This document shows, in pieces, positions 15,041-16,636 of a DNA stretch of 16,636 bases (its first letter is position 1; every line of letters begins with the position of its first letter). This DNA is from PVC group bacterium (lineage in GTDB: Bacteria; GCA-001730085; JADFSZ01): the NCBI GenBank assembly GCA_022560555.1, contig JADFSZ010000013.1, positions 1 through 16,636 on the forward strand, written 5' to 3'. The notes beneath the pieces were generated by a model, which worked only from the letters and a program-made list of their open reading frames with translations, was not told the DNA's origin and searched no databases. The translations under genes and the position numbers were made by a program.

Positions 15041-16311
15041 AATTTGATTACCCGTTCAATAATTTTCGAAGCATGTTTTGTGTGACAATGGAGATCGAAA
15101 CACTCAGTGATTTCCTTTTGCGTGAGAATTTTACGCACTTTCGAGTCCTTCATAAGGAGATCCTTTAATGAAAGTTTTGTGTCCCATGCTTTCATCGCGT
15201 GGGCTTGCACGATTTTATAAGCCTTTTCGCGTGTGAGGCCTTTTTTGATGAAGGCTAACAGAACCTGCTGACTCGAAGGCAAGCCATATGACAAATCGAT
15301 ATTCTCCTTCATCTTTTTTTCATAAACGATGAGGTTTTTTAAAAGTCCTACAGATTTTTTCAACATATAGTCAAGCAAAATCGTGCTATCCGGAATAATC
15401 ACGCGCTCTACGGACGAATGAGTTATATCACGTTCATGCCATAGAGGAATGTTTTCCATCGCGGGCACTACGTGGCCGCGCAAAACGCGGGCCAAACCTG
15501 AAATACGCTCACACACAATCGGATTCTTTTTATGAGGCATCGCGGAAGATCCTTTTTGCCCCTTACTGAAGCTCTCCTGAACTTCAGAAACCTCTGTTCT
15601 CTGAAGGTGGCGGATTTCTGTCGCGATTTTGTCCAGGCTGGATGCGATGATCGCGAGCACCGATATAAATTCGGCATGACGATCACGCTGAATAATCTGC
15701 GTTGAGATCGGTGCCGGTTTCAGTCCCATTTTTTTGCAAACATATTTTTCAATTGATGGATCAATATGCGCGTATGTTCCAACGGCACCGGAAATTTTTC
15801 CGTAACTGATGGTGTCAACCGCTCTTTGAAGACGCTCAAGGTTCCGCTTGCCCTCGGCTAAAAATACAGCCATTTTCAAGCCAAATGTCGTCGGTTCTGC
15901 GTGCACACCGTGACTTCGGCCCATAATAACGGTGTTTTTGTATTTTCGGGACAAATGGGTGAGAACCTGAATCAATTCCTTTAAATCTTTTATAAGAATC
16001 TCACCGGATTGTTTCATCTGATAAGAAAGGGCCGTGTCGAGAACATCCGAACTCGTCATTCCCATATGAATAAAACGGGAGTCAGGGCCTACATGCTCGG
16101 CAACGGATGTCAAAAAGGCAATGACATCATGCTGGACCGTTTTTTCAATGGCATGAATTCTCTTCGTTGTAAATTTGGCTTTCTTCTTGATAACACGTAG
16201 AGATTTTTGGGGGATGTTCCCTAGCTTCGCATGAGCCTCACAAGCATAAACCTCAACAAGGAGCCAGGCTCGAAACCTGTTGTCATCGTCCCAAATATGT
16301 CTCATCTCCAT
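15037..16311 (-). CDS. purB: Adenylosuccinate lyase
   Basis: 424 aa, collinear with B. subtilis PurB: GRSHGVHAEPTTFGLK, KGQKGSSAMPHKKNP, LWHERDITHSS. It begins MEMRHIWDDDNRF, about 8 residues shorter than the usual MIERYSRPEMxxIW. In-frame TAA TAA lies directly upstream and there is no SD. Confidence 0.93.
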   Translation of the reverse strand: MEMRHIWDDDNRFRAWLLVEVYACEAHAKLGNIPQKSLRVIKKKAKFTTKRIHAIEKTVQHDVIAFLTSVAEHVGPDSRFIHMGMTSSDVLDTALSYQMKQSGEILIKDLKELIQVLTHLSRKYKNTVIMGRSHGVHAEPTTFGLKMAVFLAEGKRNLERLQRAVDTISYGKISGAVGTYAHIDPSIEKYVCKKMGLKPAPISTQIIQRDRHAEFISVLAIIASSLDKIATEIRHLQRTEVSEVQESFSKGQKGSSAMPHKKNPIVCERISGLARVLRGHVVPAMENIPLWHERDITHSSVERVIIPDSTILLDYMLKKSVGLLKNLIVYEKKMKENIDLSYGLPSSQQVLLAFIKKGLTREKAYKIVQAHAMKAWDTKLSLKDLLMKDSKVRKILTQKEITECFDLHCHTKHASKIIERVIKL

Positions 16312-16636
16312 TAATTATTATACTATCGGGCCCTGCATCCTCATAAAATAACTTAATATTGCTAGCTTGCACGAGCGGCTTCAATTCTTCCATAATTTTT
16401 ACAACCAAGGCAACAACATTAAACTTCTCTTGTTTGAGAACCAATCTGCCCTGTTCAATCCGGGAAACATTCAATAAATCATTAACTAATTTTAACATTC
16501 GCTCATTATTATCGTAAACTATATCAAGATACTCTTTTTGTTGCTGCGACACTTCGCCAAGCCTACCCGTCAAAAAAAGATCCAAAGACCAACGAATAGA
16601 ACTAAGGGGTGAACGCAATTGATGTGAAACAATACT
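16283..16636 (-). CDS. Sensor histidine kinase fragment: HisKA/DHp domain only, 5' end outside the window, stop just before the HATPase_c N-box. Possibly a truncated pseudogene.
   Basis: The frame is open to the window edge and reads SIVSHQLRSPLSSIRWSLDLF..., which is the H-box. The track's M at 16618 is an internal TTG Leu. The ORF ends ...IIINGDETYLGR*, where kinases normally continue into the N, G1, F and G2 boxes. The last 29 nt overlap purB. Confidence 0.7.
   Translation of the reverse strand, partial: SIVSHQLRSPLSSIRWSLDLFLTGRLGEVSQQQKEYLDIVYDNNERMLKLVNDLLNVSRIEQGRLVLKQEKFNVVALVVKIMEELKPLVQASNIKLFYEDAGPDSIIINGDETYLGR

Noticed and set aside
16616-16618. Start codon assigned by the ORF track to the 111-aa ORF 16283..16618
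   Set aside because: This is an internal TTG (Leu of the SHQLRSPL H-box). The frame stays open to the window edge at 16636, so the gene is 5'-partial.

Overview
About 95% of this window is a dense, almost entirely minus-strand block of bacterial housekeeping genes. From right to left it holds a C-terminally short histidine-kinase ORF, then purB-purC-purS-gatC-gatA-ugd, a UDP-N-acetylhexosamine dehydrogenase and an NAD-dependent epimerase. A 424-bp non-coding gap follows, then rny-ymdB-DUF4186-moxR, then a promoter-bearing gap, then hypothetical(168 aa)-tgt-ogt. On the plus strand a PduO-type cob(I)alamin adenosyltransferase converges on ogt. The left ~900 bp looks accessory: a partial ORF, an HTH protein and an excisionase/AlpA-like protein, all on the plus strand. 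Four observations stand out. (1) A clear cobalamin riboswitch lies on the minus strand (about 1000-1144) with its own predicted promoter and an intrinsic terminator. It has no downstream ORF and points antisense into the excisionase-like gene. (2) A perfect TTGACA-17-TATAAT promoter overlaps the epimerase stop codon and would give a ~390-nt untranslated leader before rny. That leader ends in a 10-bp hairpin that sequesters the rny Shine-Dalgarno. (3) The histidine-kinase ORF stops just before its ATPase domain and overlaps an N-terminally short, SD-less purB. (4) MoxR sits in the rny-ymdB operon without its usual DUF58/VWA partners. I found no CRISPR array, tRNA, rRNA or transposase. All protein calls come from recognising motifs in the supplied translations; no database search was run. 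The lineage cannot be determined from the sequence alone.
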